A stretch of 64,000 bases of DNA from Mantamonas sphyraenae STR306 (lineage: Eukaryota > Protista > CRuMs): the NCBI GenBank assembly GCA_026936335.1, contig JAPMXV010000021.1:1-64000 (forward strand), in the 5' to 3' direction. The notes under the pieces are model-generated. The model worked only from the letters and a program-made list of their open reading frames with translations. It did no database searches and had not been told where the DNA came from. Position numbers and translations under genes: made by a program. Shown piece by piece: positions 12,007 to 24,317 of this stretch. The stretch's first letter is position 1, and the number at the start of each line of letters is the position of its first letter.

Positions 12007-15000
12007 TCAATTGACCTTCATCTTCCTCTTCCTTCCACGGAACACAACCATCACCAGCGCCAACAGCACGTTCACCGTCCACACAATCGCCACCATGATG
12101 CTCATCTCTCCGTCGTCGTCCCCTCCGGCTGCACGCGCCAACCGCCCGCTTTCCCCGGCCTCCACACACTCCAGCCCACGCAGCCTGTTCTCCACATACC
12201 TGCACATCTTTACAAACCTCCGCGACTTGCCCAGAAGTTGCGTCACGCGCGCCAGCGACGTCTTAAAGTCCAGTTCTCCCGCAAACCCCACCGCCTCCTC
12301 CTGCAGCTGCCTCACCTCCCGATACACCGCCGTCACGTTGCCCAGTTCCAGAGCCCCGGCCATCCCGTAGTTTTCCTGCGCCGTCTTTAGACCCTCCAGC
12401 ACCTGCAGTCCTTCGTTCACAAGCTGCGCCGCCGTGTCCAGCCCATTCACCACAAAGTGCCTGTGCGCCGTGTCCACCTGAATCTTTGAAAACTCGTGGT
12501 ACGAGCTCGTGTACGCCAGCGGATTGTCTCCCACGCTCCACGACCACTCCTGCACCGTCCGCTTGTGCGCATCACTGTACGCTATGTGTGTTGGCAGAAG
12601 CCCAGCGTAGTGCAGCGCAGCCGCCGCTGCCGTCGCCTTCACAGGGTTCCGCAGGTTCCAATAGATCGGCTTCCCGTTGCAAAACGTGTGCGACTCCCAC
12701 TCCGTGTGTTCACTCTGCACCGCAATCACCATGTCCCGCAGCGCCTTTGCCTGGAAGTACTTGTCAATAAACACCGGCAGCTTGTGGTTCAGATACATGC
12801 TAAACACAAAGATGGGCACCTCTCTGTGCGTCGCCGAACTCCGTGCTGCGTGCTTGTCCAGCTTCCGCGCATGCCGGTGCCTCGTCATCCGCGAAAGTTG
12901 CGCCTCAAGCACTCCGCTGTCCACATACAGCCGCTTCTTTGTCTTGAAACGCCCCTGTAGATCCATCGTCGGCACCACTGCACTCTTCAGCGACGACGTA
13001 AACGCCATGCTCAGCGCATGGTCCTTTGTCATCGGGATCCGGTGAACCACAAACGCAAAGTGCTGGCCCGGCAGCTTAAACTTGCTCATTTGCCGCTTGA
13101 ACGCCTTCAGATTGAAGTTCTTGCGATGCGTCGCCTTGTATCGAGTGTGGTCCACAATCATGTAGATGTTGAACGTCACCCGCTCCGCAAAGAAGGTCCG
13201 GAACGACGGCGTCGACGGCGTCACCACATGCCGCAGCGCAGACGACACGCTTGTGCCCACATGTGCCAGAAAGTTGTCCAGCCCATACTTGGCTCCCTTC
13301 CCTTCCCCTTCGCTTCCTCCCAGCAGAGTGCTGTCCTTCAGATGCGCCTGCACCTGCGTCATCGCCGCGCTTGCTCCCGTGCTCTCCAGCTCCAGTTGCT
13401 TCAGCCGCTCCTGGATCTCCCTGCAAAACTCTGGCACCGCGTTGCTCGCGTAGTGGCTGCAAAACTTGCTCCAGAACGACTGGATCACCTCCATCTCCGC
13501 CGCCATCTCACGCGCTTTCGGCTGCATCGCCGCATACCGCCTTTCCTCCGCTTCACGGTGCTGCTCAAACGCATGTGTCAGGTTCGGCATCGATGACACC
13601 GACCGCACACCCTCCCCTCCAATCACGGGGCCCCACGCAAACGGTCCCGCGCTCAAATCCAGCACCACAAACCGGTGCTTCGAGATCCACGTGTCCACCA
13701 GGCAGTTTTCACGCATCGTCTCCACTGTGTTCACCTTGCGCACATACCCACGCTGTCGTCGCGTCCCTGCAACCACCCACCGGTGCGCCAGTGCCTTGAT
13801 GTCCACATTCCGCGTCCCGGCTCCATGCCGCAAGCAGCTCTGTGTCGACGACGGCTGCTTCGTCGCCGCGTCCGACGCTTCTGCAAGCTGTGACTGCTGT
13901 TCAATGTGCTTCTTTGCCCACGCCTCGCTCACCGCCTCGTAATCCACCTCTTCGCTTCCGCTTCCGGCTCCTGTCCGCTGGCTGCACAGCCCAATGTACC
14001 CTGGCGACGCCCCTTTGCTCTTTCGCGGATGCATCTTCAACACCTTGGCCAGCATTCGGTCTTCAAACAGCTCGCTGATCTCCCCGTCCGCAAACCCTGT
14101 GCGGTACCCGTACACGTGCGACCCCTGTGCTCCGTTGCCCTTTAGGTGCACCTCCGGATTCAGCACAACCACCGTGTACTCGTCCTGCAGGCCCAACTCC
14201 TCCAGCAGACACGCCGTCGTGTCCTCAAGAAGGCTCGCGTCCACGTAGTACCGCCGATCCAGCGTGCTCTTCTGCAGCCGCCTGTTCTGCACCGTCATCG
14301 GCTCCTCCCGCAGGTTCGCCATGATCAGGTTGTTGTACACCTTGGTCACAAGTGGGTGCACCTGCACCACATTCAGCGCATACGCGTATCGCACGTGCGA
14401 GAACGCCTCCGACGAGTCCCCCACGTTGACGTCACCTTTCCGGAAAGGCACCGTTGTGTGGTGTACCAAGTGCTCGATGTGTTCAAACCACGGTTGCAGT
14501 CGCTCCTTGCTCAGGTGCAGCTCTGCACACGTCCCCAACATCCCATCACCACCACAGTCCGCACACACACAAACGCCGCGTCAGCCCTCTCGCGCATTCT
14601 CCACCCAAACCCCTCGTCCTTCTTCTCCTCCTCCCACTCCCCTCTCACAACACCCTCCCCCTCCTCTTTACCCACCACTCCCCAAACCTACTGTCCTTTC
14701 CCTTCTCGTTGAACCCGATAAACACCAGGTTCACCTTTACCGGCACGTCCACTCGTCCCACACGGCCCAGCCCGGCATACCGCCGCACAGAGTCTGCATG
14801 CCCTGTGTAAGCAACCTTGCCCCTCCTTCCCTATCCTGTGCCCGTCTCACCTGCCCTCCCCCCTTCCCCCCACCCCTTCCAATCTCCTCCCCTCTCCACT
14901 CACCCGCGCGAATCCACTCTTCCACCCCTGGCAAACCTTTGCCAAAGTCCACCGGCTCCTGCACGCGGTCCCCGTCCAGATTCATGTCCAGATGGTGGTG

Positions 15001-15081
15001 CGTCAAGTCCCCAAGCACACTGCTCACAGCCACCAACACACACAGCACCACCGCTGCCATCCGCACACTCGCCCAAGTCAT
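12007..15081 (-). CDS. Conserved uncharacterised single-pass membrane protein (Arabidopsis At5g58100-like); exons 15081-14904, 14802-14692, 14522-12007
   Basis: Signal peptide, VPVKVNLVFIGF, DLSAGPFAWGP..GEG, GLLPTHIAYS..H motifs, C-terminal TM plus basic tail; intron phases consistent. Confidence 0.75.
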
Positions 15082-15112
15082 CGCGTTTTCGGCCGCTTTT
15101 CCCGTTGCCCCC

Positions 15113-16024
15113 ATGTTCGCACGCTCTGCCCTCTCCACGGCCTGCACGTCCACGGCGCGCTCCCCCATCACCCTTCCTCCCTCTGCTTCCTCCCTCCTCC
15201 CCAGGCTATCCTCCTCCTCCGCCTCGGCCCATCCCGAGGCTCTATCTCCCCGCCGCGCCGCCGGAGGCCTCCTCGTCTTTCTCCTGCCCATCTTTACCAC
15301 CGCAGGCCTCGGTGCCTGGCAGTATAAGCGCCTCCACTGGAAGGAGCAGCTCATTGCAGAGCGTGAAGCTGGCCTCCAGCGTGACCCAGTCCGCATTCCC
15401 GTTCCCTTTGATCAGCAAGCCCAGGATCACCTCGAACACACCCCCGTCCGCCTTACCGGATCCTTCATCCACGACGCAGAGATGCACGTCGTTTCTCGCA
15501 CACGTGAAGGTGCACATGGCGTCCTCGTCGTCACTCCCTTTCTCGAGGCCTGCCAAGACGGATCCCAGCGCGTCGTCCTCGTCAAGCGAGGCTGGACCCC
15601 GCTTCGTGCCCAACTCCCACAATCTCGCCCAGAGCGTCTTGTCGACGGCACTGTTGCCATCAAGGCCATCAGCCGCAAGCCCGAAACCACAGGCTCCTTC
15701 ACACCCCCCAACGAACCACACACAAACACCTGGTTCTGGGTCGAGCCCCAGCGCATGCTCTCCCACGCGCTCGACTCCCTTTCCCAACAACCCCACCTGC
15801 ACAAGCTCATTGCCACGCAGCTCTCCTCCTCCGACGCCGTTGTCGCCATCGTCGACGAGCTCCAAGACGACTCCTACCAGCCGGGCACCTTTCCCATCCC
15901 CTACACTCCGTCCGTCGATCTGCCCAACAATCATCTCGAATACGTCATCACGTGGTGGTCTCTCACCGCTTGCTTTACTGCCCTCACTCTCTACCGATTC
16001 CGTCGCGGCATCAAGCTCACTTGA
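15113..16024 (+). CDS. SURF1: SURF1/Shy1 cytochrome c oxidase assembly factor
   Basis: Mitochondrial presequence-like N-terminus, GLGAWQYKRLHWK, VKRGW, PNNHLEYVITWWSL. Confidence 0.93.
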   Translation: MFARSALSTACTSTARSPITLPPSASSLLPRLSSSSASAHPEALSPRRAAGGLLVFLLPIFTTAGLGAWQYKRLHWKEQLIAEREAGLQRDPVRIPVPFDQQAQDHLEHTPVRLTGSFIHDAEMHVVSRTREGAHGVLVVTPFLEACQDGSQRVVLVKRGWTPLRAQLPQSRPERLVDGTVAIKAISRKPETTGSFTPPNEPHTNTWFWVEPQRMLSHALDSLSQQPHLHKLIATQLSSSDAVVAIVDELQDDSYQPGTFPIPYTPSVDLPNNHLEYVITWWSLTACFTALTLYRFRRGIKLT

Positions 16025-19000
16025 CCTGCTTCTGGTGGCCACTCAACGGCGTCACCGGCACCTCAAATGCATCCACGCCTTCCACACGCAACAGTCGCTT
16101 TTCGTGTGCAAACGCGCAGTACACCACGCACTGGCACTTGTCTCCGTTGGTGCACTCGCTCACACGGAACCGATACGGATGATAAAACGTTTCCGTGCGC
16201 GTGTGCGCCTCCGAACACACCTCCCGTGCGCTGCACTCAAAGTTGTCCTTGAATTTGCCCCGGTCGTTGTACTTGTTTTCGCACAGCACCAGCGTGTGAA
16301 AGTACAGAAACGGGTTGCGTCGACGCTCCGTCTTGTTGTGCGCGTGGAAGCAGCCCTTCTTCACCTTGCTTGCCAGCCTGCAACTCTCGCTCTTGTAGCT
16401 GCCCATGATGTGCAGATTCTCCGCCTCCTCCTGTCCCACAAGCTCGCTGTACCGCTCCACAACCTCGCTCGTCCGCCCTTCCACCTCTCCGCACACCCTC
16501 ACCACACTCTCCAGCGCCTCACCCATCCCCAGCGGCTCATCGTACAGCTTCAACACCACATCGCCCACTGCTTGCACCTTTTCGCTCACCGGTCCCAGCG
16601 ACTCGCTTGCCCCAAGCAGCGCAAACACGTCCTCCGGCGTCAGCCAACCAAGGTCCATCTTGTTCTGGTCCAGCAGCGCCACAAGCGACGGCGACAAATC
16701 CTCACGTAGCTTCGGCTCCCGTCCCAGCAGCAGCGTCATGTCCACCTCCACCCCACCTGCACTTGTGCTCTCGTCCAACTCGCCGTCTGCATACCACCTC
16801 TCCTTTACCGCTCCCTGCAGCACAAACGGCACCACATCCTTCAGTACAAATGTCCACAGCGTCACCTCTGGCTCGCTCGCACGCCCCAGCATCAACACGT
16901 CCAGCACCTCCATCTGACGCGCCACGTACGCGCGCACGACAGCAACGTACGCATGCTCCGCCGCCACACGCCTGTGCTCGTACAACTTCTCATCCATCAG
17001 CAGCTCCACAGCCTCCACATGGCCCCGCTCCGCCGCATAGGCGAGTGCTCCTCGGCCCTTCACGTCGCTCCGGTTCACGTTTGCGTTGTTGCTGTGCACA
17101 AGTAGCTCCAACAGCGCCACGTCGCCGTACTCCGCCGCCGCCATTACGCTCGTGCACCCGTGCTCGTCTGCCCACTCCACGTCTCCACCATGGTTCAGCA
17201 GCAGTTGTACCATCGTCGCGTTCCCTGCACGCGCCGCGTCCAGCAGACCCTTGCCCACCGTGGCTCCCACAGTCAGCAGCAGCTCCACCACCTTTTTGTG
17301 TCCCTTTGCCACCGCCACACCCACCGCGTCTTCATCCACACGCACCTGACGCGCAAGCAGCATCCGCACCATCTCTTCGTTTCCGCTCGCACACGCCGCC
17401 TGAAGCACTCCCGACCCTTCAATCTTGCCGCCTGCTTGAACCAGACGCAGCACAAGCTCGCTGTGGCCCGCTTCCGCCGCTGCCATCACTGCACTGCGTC
17501 CGTTTGCGTCCACACTCTCTGCATCGCACCCGTTCTCCAGCAGAATCTCCACAGCCTCGGCGTTTCCGGCCTCTGCCGCCCACACCAGCGCCTCTCGGAT
17601 ATTCACCTTGCGTTCCAGCAGCAGATGCAGCATCGGTTGCCCGCTTCCCTCTTGCTCGGTTGCCAACGCTGTGTGCAGCACATTTTCGTGCCGCCTGTCC
17701 TCGCTCTCCGGGTTCCCGCCTGCCTCCAACAGGTCCCGCAACACCTCTATGTGTTGTTCACGGCACGCCATGATTGCTGCCGTCGCCCCGTCGTTTGCCT
17801 TTGCCTGCACGTTTGCTCCTCGTCGCAGCAGCGCACGCACGCATTCCAGGTGCCCCTCCGCGCTCGCCAACATCAGCGCTGTCCGCCCGTGGCCATCGCG
17901 CTCCTCCACGTTGCTGTTCCAGTCCAGCAGCACGTCGATGCATACTGCGCTGCCTCCGTTTGCTGCGTGATGCAGAGCACACAGTCCCCCTTGGTCCCGC
18001 AGCCTCGGATTCGCTCCCGACTCCAGCAGCACATTCGCTGCCTCCACCGCTCCTGCCTTGTTGCTCATGCACGCCACAACCAGTGCGCTGTGCCCCATCT
18101 TGTCGCACGTGTCCACGTTGCTTCCGGCCTCCAGCAGCTCTCGCACAACCTCTGCGTGTCCTTCCCGTGCCGCTGCCATCAGCGGCGTCCGTCCAGCCTC
18201 GTCGCTACGATTCACGCTCACTCCGCCTGCCTCCAACAGCAACTTTACAACGCCCACACTCCCTGTGTGCGCAGCCCACCACAGCGCGTTGCGTCCTCGC
18301 CGGTCGTTGTTCCTTGCCTGCAATCCCGCACGCAAAAGCACGCGCACCACCTCTTCACGCCCGTGAGCACACGCAATCGCAAGCGCGTTCATCCCGTTGC
18401 GATTGCTGGCACGTGTGTCTGCACGCTCGCTCAGCAGCAGTTCCACCACGTCCACGTGTCCGTTCTCCACTGCCAGCAGCAGCGGCGTCATCCCGTTGTA
18501 GTTGGCCACATTCATGTCCCGTGCCTGGCTCAAAAGCATACGCACAACCTCTTCGTGCCCATGCGCTGCGGCCATGTGCAACGCCGTGTCCCCGGCGTCG
18601 TCCGCCACCCACAACTTGGCTCGCCCTCGTGCCAGACGCTGCAGAATCTCCACATTCCCTACACTCGCCGCACTCATCACTGCGTTTTTGTCCTTCTTTG
18701 CTCGCCTCACATCAACGTCTGCGCCATGCTTCAGCAGCGCCTCCACCATCGCCACGTCGTGGTTCCGGCACGCCACAATCAGCGGCGTCAAACCGCTCGT
18801 ACTCACCTCGTTTGCATCCGCTCCCATCTCCAACAGCGTCTGTGCAACCTGCACGTTGCATTCCGCCACCGCTTGGAACAGCGCAGGCACCTCACGTCCT
18901 CCAAAGTCGTTCCGCGCGTCCAGCACCGTGCTCTGCTGCGCCACACTTGACCATCCTCGCATCCCGCTACTACTGCTGCTACCGCTGCTGCTTCCACTCC

Positions 19001-22000
19001 CGTCCACCTCCACTCCCGTCCCTGCCGCCACACTGCTCCACAGGAACCCACTCGACGTCGACAAGCTCCCATTCCCGCCTCCACCTCCGCCTCCACCTCC
19101 ACTCTCCAGATTCATCGGCGCCACTCCACGACCAGACCCTGAGCCCAGTGTTGACGTCGTCGGCGACGCCGCAAACAATGAACTGCCCGTCCCGCCAACC
19201 CCACCAAACGAATTCACACCCACACTCATGCTCTCCGCCGCCACGCTTGGCGCTTGGCCATTTGCCTGAACCGCACTGCTGCTGCTGTTGCTGCTGCCAC
19301 TCTCCTCGTCCTGCACCACAGCACGCACATGCTCCGCCAGCTCCTCCGGAAACTGGTCTGTGCGCAGGCCCGCAAGCACACCGTGCCGTACAAACTCCAT
19401 CACCATACGCATGTCCATCGCCTTGTTCGCCCCGCCCGCCTTCAGCTTGCGCCCCACTCGCGGCTTGCCAATGGTCTTGCCCTGCTGCACCGCCACAAAG
19501 CTGTGCAGCAGCAGTTGATGCCCGTGCACAATGTCCAGCGCAAACGTGGCCTCCTCTGCACGTGCAAGCTCCGTGCGCATGTACTGCACAAGCGACCCGT
19601 GCATGAGCTCGTAGCATCCATCCCTGCGTCGCCGCACAAGCGGCTCCAACCGCTCCAGCATCTCTGCAAACTCATCTCGCGAAACAACCTCAATTGCCGT
19701 CTCCTTGTACATCTCGCTTGGCGATGCACGCTCGCATTGGCTGTACGCAAGCAGCAGCTGCTCTTCGCTCAGCGGCTGGAACGACGCAAGCATCACCTCC
19801 AGAATCGGACGGAAGTACACAAAGCCCAACCCGTCCGGAAACTCCTGTTCCAAGATGAAGCGGTACACCGTGTCAAACAGCTCCTCCTCACTCGTCGCCA
19901 CGGGGATGTCGTCCACAGACAGCTGGTACTTGTGGATCAGGTCGCAAAGCATCGAACAGCACAAAAAGTTCCCGTGTCCACAGCTGTACAGCTGGTTCAC
20001 AAGCCAGTCAAAGTACCGGCTCTGCCCGCGGTCCGACGGGTCGTATTGCTTTGCCATCGCCAGCCGCTGCCGCAAAAACACCTTGACGTCCTTCAACGCT
20101 CCTTTGTCCAAGTCCAGGTCCACCCGCCTGCGCACGTGCGTCGGAAACTGGGTTTCCCACCCGTGCCCTCCTCGTCCTCCTGTCCGGCCCGTCAGCACCA
20201 CCTTCAACCACTCCGGCAGCTTGCCCAGCGCACGCGCAATCGACGCAGACACCTCTATGTGTGCTTCGTCCAGCCCGTCCACCACAATCAGACGCGTCTG
20301 CGCCTCCCCCAGCTCTTCCAGCTTGATTGCACTCAGCGGCCCAACCACATACTTCTCAAACGCATCCTCCGCCTCCTTCCGCGACCGCATCGAGTACCTC
20401 GCAACTCCGATGGCCTCACGCCGTGCAAACGCATGCACCTGCCGCGCATACGCTGGCAGCGATCGCATCAGCTGCCCACTCAGCGTCTGCACGAAATGGT
20501 CCAGCTGCAGCGTCTCCACACGTCGCGAGTCACACAGATAGCATGCCACCACACGCGAGTAGCTCATCAGCTGGTCGTTCGACACAAGCTCCGCACACAG
20601 CGCCGTTTTCCCCGATCCTGCTGCACCCGTCACAAGAAACACAGGCTTGGGGTCTCCCGACGACGCAAACAGCTCCAGCTGCTTCAGGATTGCCGCACGG
20701 CCCGAAAACGTCTCTCGCAGCTGTTGCAGCTGCTCCAAATACTCCCGCTCTGCAAAGTGCCTGCTCCACGTCACGTACAGCAGGTACAGCGATCGCGGGT
20801 GCATGTGTTCCCAGTGGTACAGCTCAATCTTCGTTTGCGACTCAATCGACCGCATATGGCGCCTGCCCATTTGAAACGCCGTCTTTACAGACCGCCCATT
20901 GCCCAGCGCCCTGTAGAAGCCCTCTGCAAACTCTTTGCACGCCGGCGACTCGATCGCCACCGGGTGACACACCACAACTGGCACGTACTCCACCAGCGAC
21001 TGTGCATACATCGGCGACACGCCACCATTCAACACCACACACAGAATACCGTGGTGCCGCGCCGCAAGCAGGTCCACAAGCGTGCGGAAAAAGTGCTCGT
21101 GCGGCGACTCGGACCCCGATCCGCCCGATCCCGAGCTGTTTGACGACCTGATACGAGGCCGCCCCGTCGCCGTCTCTCCGTGATCGGTGTCATCAGACGA
21201 CAGCGACGACACCGACGACGAGTCGCTGTGGTCATCCTCCCCCTGGGCCGTCGCCTCAAACGTCGCAAAGTGCAGAATCGTCACGTCATCCCGCGAGCTC
21301 AACAGCGCCTCCAGAGCCTCCACCCCAAACGAATCGTGTCCGTTTAGTTTAAACTGGCTTTGGTACGAGCTGTCTGCCAGCTCCGAGCTGATGCACGAAA
21401 ACTCCTTGTCTGCCAGTGCCGCTTGGTCGCCTGCGTTCGGCTGGCAAAACTCCACGTGCACAACACGCGGTTCTCCTTCCACCGCACACGAAAGACGCAG
21501 ATCCGATGTGCTCTCTGCCGCCGCGTGTTCCACAAGCTGCTCATTGTCTGCCTTCAATGAAAACGACGCAGTGCGCGTCAAGTTCGCCTTCAGCAGCGGC
21601 TTGCCACGCTGGTGGCTTCGAACCGCACGCAGAAGATGCCGCCTGTCGTTGGCCGATGTAATCTCATAGTCCCGCAGCAGGATATTCTCTGTAGCATTCA
21701 GCAGCGCCACGCCAGGCACGTTCTCGAACCGTTCCGCGTACATAGACAGGCCGATCGACGTCAGAAACTCGCTCACCTCGGCCGCATTCCACCGTGCCAT
21801 GTTGCTGTTGCTGCTTGTTGCGCTCGCGCCCTGGTGGCTGGCCCCCATACCGCTCACGCCGGAAGCTCCGTTTGCCCCGCCCCGACGCGCGGCCGCTGCC
21901 TTGGCAAACGGCGACGGTGCAAACGTATCCTGTGCCACAGCATCTGTCGGCTGCGCGGCTGCAACCACTTCCTTCTCTGGCGACGCCGGCTCCGTGCTCG

Positions 22001-22351
22001 TCGGCGCCGTAGCCGTCCCTGAACAAAATGCGCGTCAGCAATTCGACCTCCCTCTTCCCCACTTTGTCCTTCCGCCTCGCTCCAGCCTGCAATCCCCTCC
22101 ACTCCACCCGCACACTCACCTGCCACCTCCGTCCCGCTTCCACTCCCTTCCTGCTCCACTTTCTTGCCCAGCCGCGGGCTTCCCGACAACGAGTCCGCCT
22201 GCGACGACTGCCGCCGCAGAACCTCTCTGATCGGTGTCATTTTCGGCTGCTGCGCATGGATGCGCTGTGACAGCACATGCCGGTCGTACAGCAGCTTGAT
22301 CACCATCAAAACCAGCACCACAACCAACACCAACGTCATGTCCACGACCAT
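16017..22351 (-). CDS. NLR/STAND-like multidomain protein: TM - SAM - degenerate CHAT - TANC/ANKRD50-type NACHT - ~20 ankyrin repeats - Unkempt-type CCCH fingers, ~2077 aa; exons 22351-22120, 22018-16017
   Basis: SAM WNAAEVSEFLTSIGL; Walker A GAAGSGKT, Walker B LIVVDGLDEA; TPL/TAL ankyrin motifs; CFHAH..ERRRNP...AHTRTETFYHP...CAFAH; intron GTGAGT..GCTGAC..CAG restores frame. Confidence 0.85.
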
Positions 22352-22408
22352 GGCTGCACGAGATCCGCTTTTGTTGCTTCCACACCCGCAAAGACCTGCG
22401 CATCACCC

Positions 22409-24274
22409 TCACCCGCTTCCTCTCTTTTCCAAAATCGTCCTCACCTTGGCAATCCCGTGTTCAGCAATCAATTGCTTCAACTGCTCATTGATCAGCGCCT
22501 CGCTTCCTTCACGCTGCTGCGTCAGCTGCGACGACCCTTGCACCCCACCGCCGCTCCCACCAGCTCCGGCCCCTCGTCCGCCCTGACCACCTGCGTTTGC
22601 ATACAAAAGTGCAGAAGTTCCGGTCTCACGTGGCTCTGTCTTTTTGTACAGAAGCGCTGAGCCCTGCATCGTCGTGGCTTCACCCGACAAAGACGACGAA
22701 GACGCCGCCGCTGCTGCTCGCTGAGCCTCCTTCTGTTTCCACAGCATCTGGTTCGCCTGTTGCGATTGTAATCGAGCATTCCCTGCCGCCTGTGCCTGCG
22801 CATGTCTGCTCTGCGCAACGCGCAGCTTTGTCTGCTTTGCTTCCGCTGGCGTGCTCACCACCCCGACTGTGTTTGCGTTCCCATTCTTTGCCACCGTCAC
22901 AAAAAACACCACCGGCGACTCTTCCGTCGGTTGTGGCGAGCTGCAAAACATATACACCAGGTTCGGCGACTCCTGGAAGCTCTGTCTCCACAACTTTCTG
23001 TTCATGGTGTTTGCGTCGCCATCACTCAGAACCTGAGGAAACAGCCTGTACACCCATGCTCGCTGTTGCACCAGAGGCACCAAGTCCGCCGTCTCAAACT
23101 TTTCCAGCTGCGTCAGGATCATCGTCGATTTGTTCCGCCCGATTTCAAGCATCGCCGCCAGATCGAGCTCCCGCTTGATGCCCCTGTTCACTGTGGCGTT
23201 TGCGCGCCGTGCACACGTCAACTCTGCGTCGATGTCCACCACAGGGTGGTCGCGTCGCCTCATCCTCAGCTTGCCCTGCCACACCGTCTTGTTTTGGTAC
23301 TTCATCTCCTGCTCGTCTTGGCTGACGCGTCCGCCCACGCTCCCACCTTCCTCCACCGCCATCGCTTCGTGTGACCGCTTCCTCGGGTTTCCTGCTGCCG
23401 CCGCCATCGACGACCCTGCTGCGCCGCGCTTGCTGTTGTGCAGCTTCTGCGCCTCCGCCGGAAAAGGCCTCTGCGCACGGCCGCTCTGACGTTGCCACGC
23501 CATGTCTTTGTGGATCCACAGCTGATGCTGCGCATCCACTTTTAATCCGTGTGCATCTTGCGCAGACAGCATCGTGCCTTGTGACCCCAGAGCTCCCAAC
23601 GCGGGTACAATCCTCGGAGAAACCACGCTCACACGCACCCCGCTCTGCTGCATCTCTGTACACAGGTGTGCCCACGTCGGCTGCGGCCCTCCATACCCAT
23701 TTGTGTCGCCCACCCCCTGTCCTGCAGACACAGACGACGACGATGACGATGACGACGCCGACGACGACGACGAGCCGCTCACCGACGACGATGAAGTCAC
23801 CCTCCCCAGCCGTGTTTGCAGCGCCTGTGTCACGCATGGCGTCCCACTCTGCACACCCAGGCCCGTGCACAACACCACGTATGTGTTCTTTGCCCCCAGC
23901 GACTTGAACCGTTCCAACGCCACGTACATGGCTTCCACCACGCTGCTGGGCGCTGCGCTGCAGTGTTTGCCCTTCTTCACCCCCGCCAGCACCTCCAGCA
24001 CCTGACTCGCAGACCCACACTGCACGTAGCGCACTCGACGCGCTCCGTGACCAAACAGCACCACATCCCACCGCCTGCTGGTGTCTTCCAGCTTCGACAC
24101 ACGCGCCCGCTTCAAGTCCGGCTGCACAGCCGACGACGCCTCTCCAGACCGCAACCGCGCTGCCAGTTGCGTCAGCATTGGCTTCACGTATGCATCCAGC
24201 ACCTGTCCACGGTACGCCTGCATGTACACACTCGCGTCAAACACCACCGTCACGTGCGACTCTAGTTTTTGCAT
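22409..24274 (-). CDS. MED25: Mediator subunit 25-like (N-terminal vWA domain, possible ACID domain)
   Basis: VTVVFDAS..M..Y.....AYVKPML resembles the Med25 vWA start; VRVSVVSPR..PAL; VWQGKL; Q/A-rich tail. Confidence 0.55.
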   Translation of the reverse strand: MQKLESHVTVVFDASVYMQAYRGQVLDAYVKPMLTQLAARLRSGEASSAVQPDLKRARVSKLEDTSRRWDVVLFGHGARRVRYVQCGSASQVLEVLAGVKKGKHCSAAPSSVVEAMYVALERFKSLGAKNTYVVLCTGLGVQSGTPCVTQALQTRLGRVTSSSSVSGSSSSSASSSSSSSSVSAGQGVGDTNGYGGPQPTWAHLCTEMQQSGVRVSVVSPRIVPALGALGSQGTMLSAQDAHGLKVDAQHQLWIHKDMAWQRQSGRAQRPFPAEAQKLHNSKRGAAGSSMAAAAGNPRKRSHEAMAVEEGGSVGGRVSQDEQEMKYQNKTVWQGKLRMRRRDHPVVDIDAELTCARRANATVNRGIKRELDLAAMLEIGRNKSTMILTQLEKFETADLVPLVQQRAWVYRLFPQVLSDGDANTMNRKLWRQSFQESPNLVYMFCSSPQPTEESPVVFFVTVAKNGNANTVGVVSTPAEAKQTKLRVAQSRHAQAQAAGNARLQSQQANQMLWKQKEAQRAAAAASSSSLSGEATTMQGSALLYKKTEPRETGTSALLYANAGGQGGRGAGAGGSGGGVQGSSQLTQQREGSEALINEQLKQLIAEHGIAKVRTILEKRGSG

Positions 24275-24317
24275 CTCTCTCGACTTCCTTGCCTGCCCCG
24301 ACGCACACACACAAACC

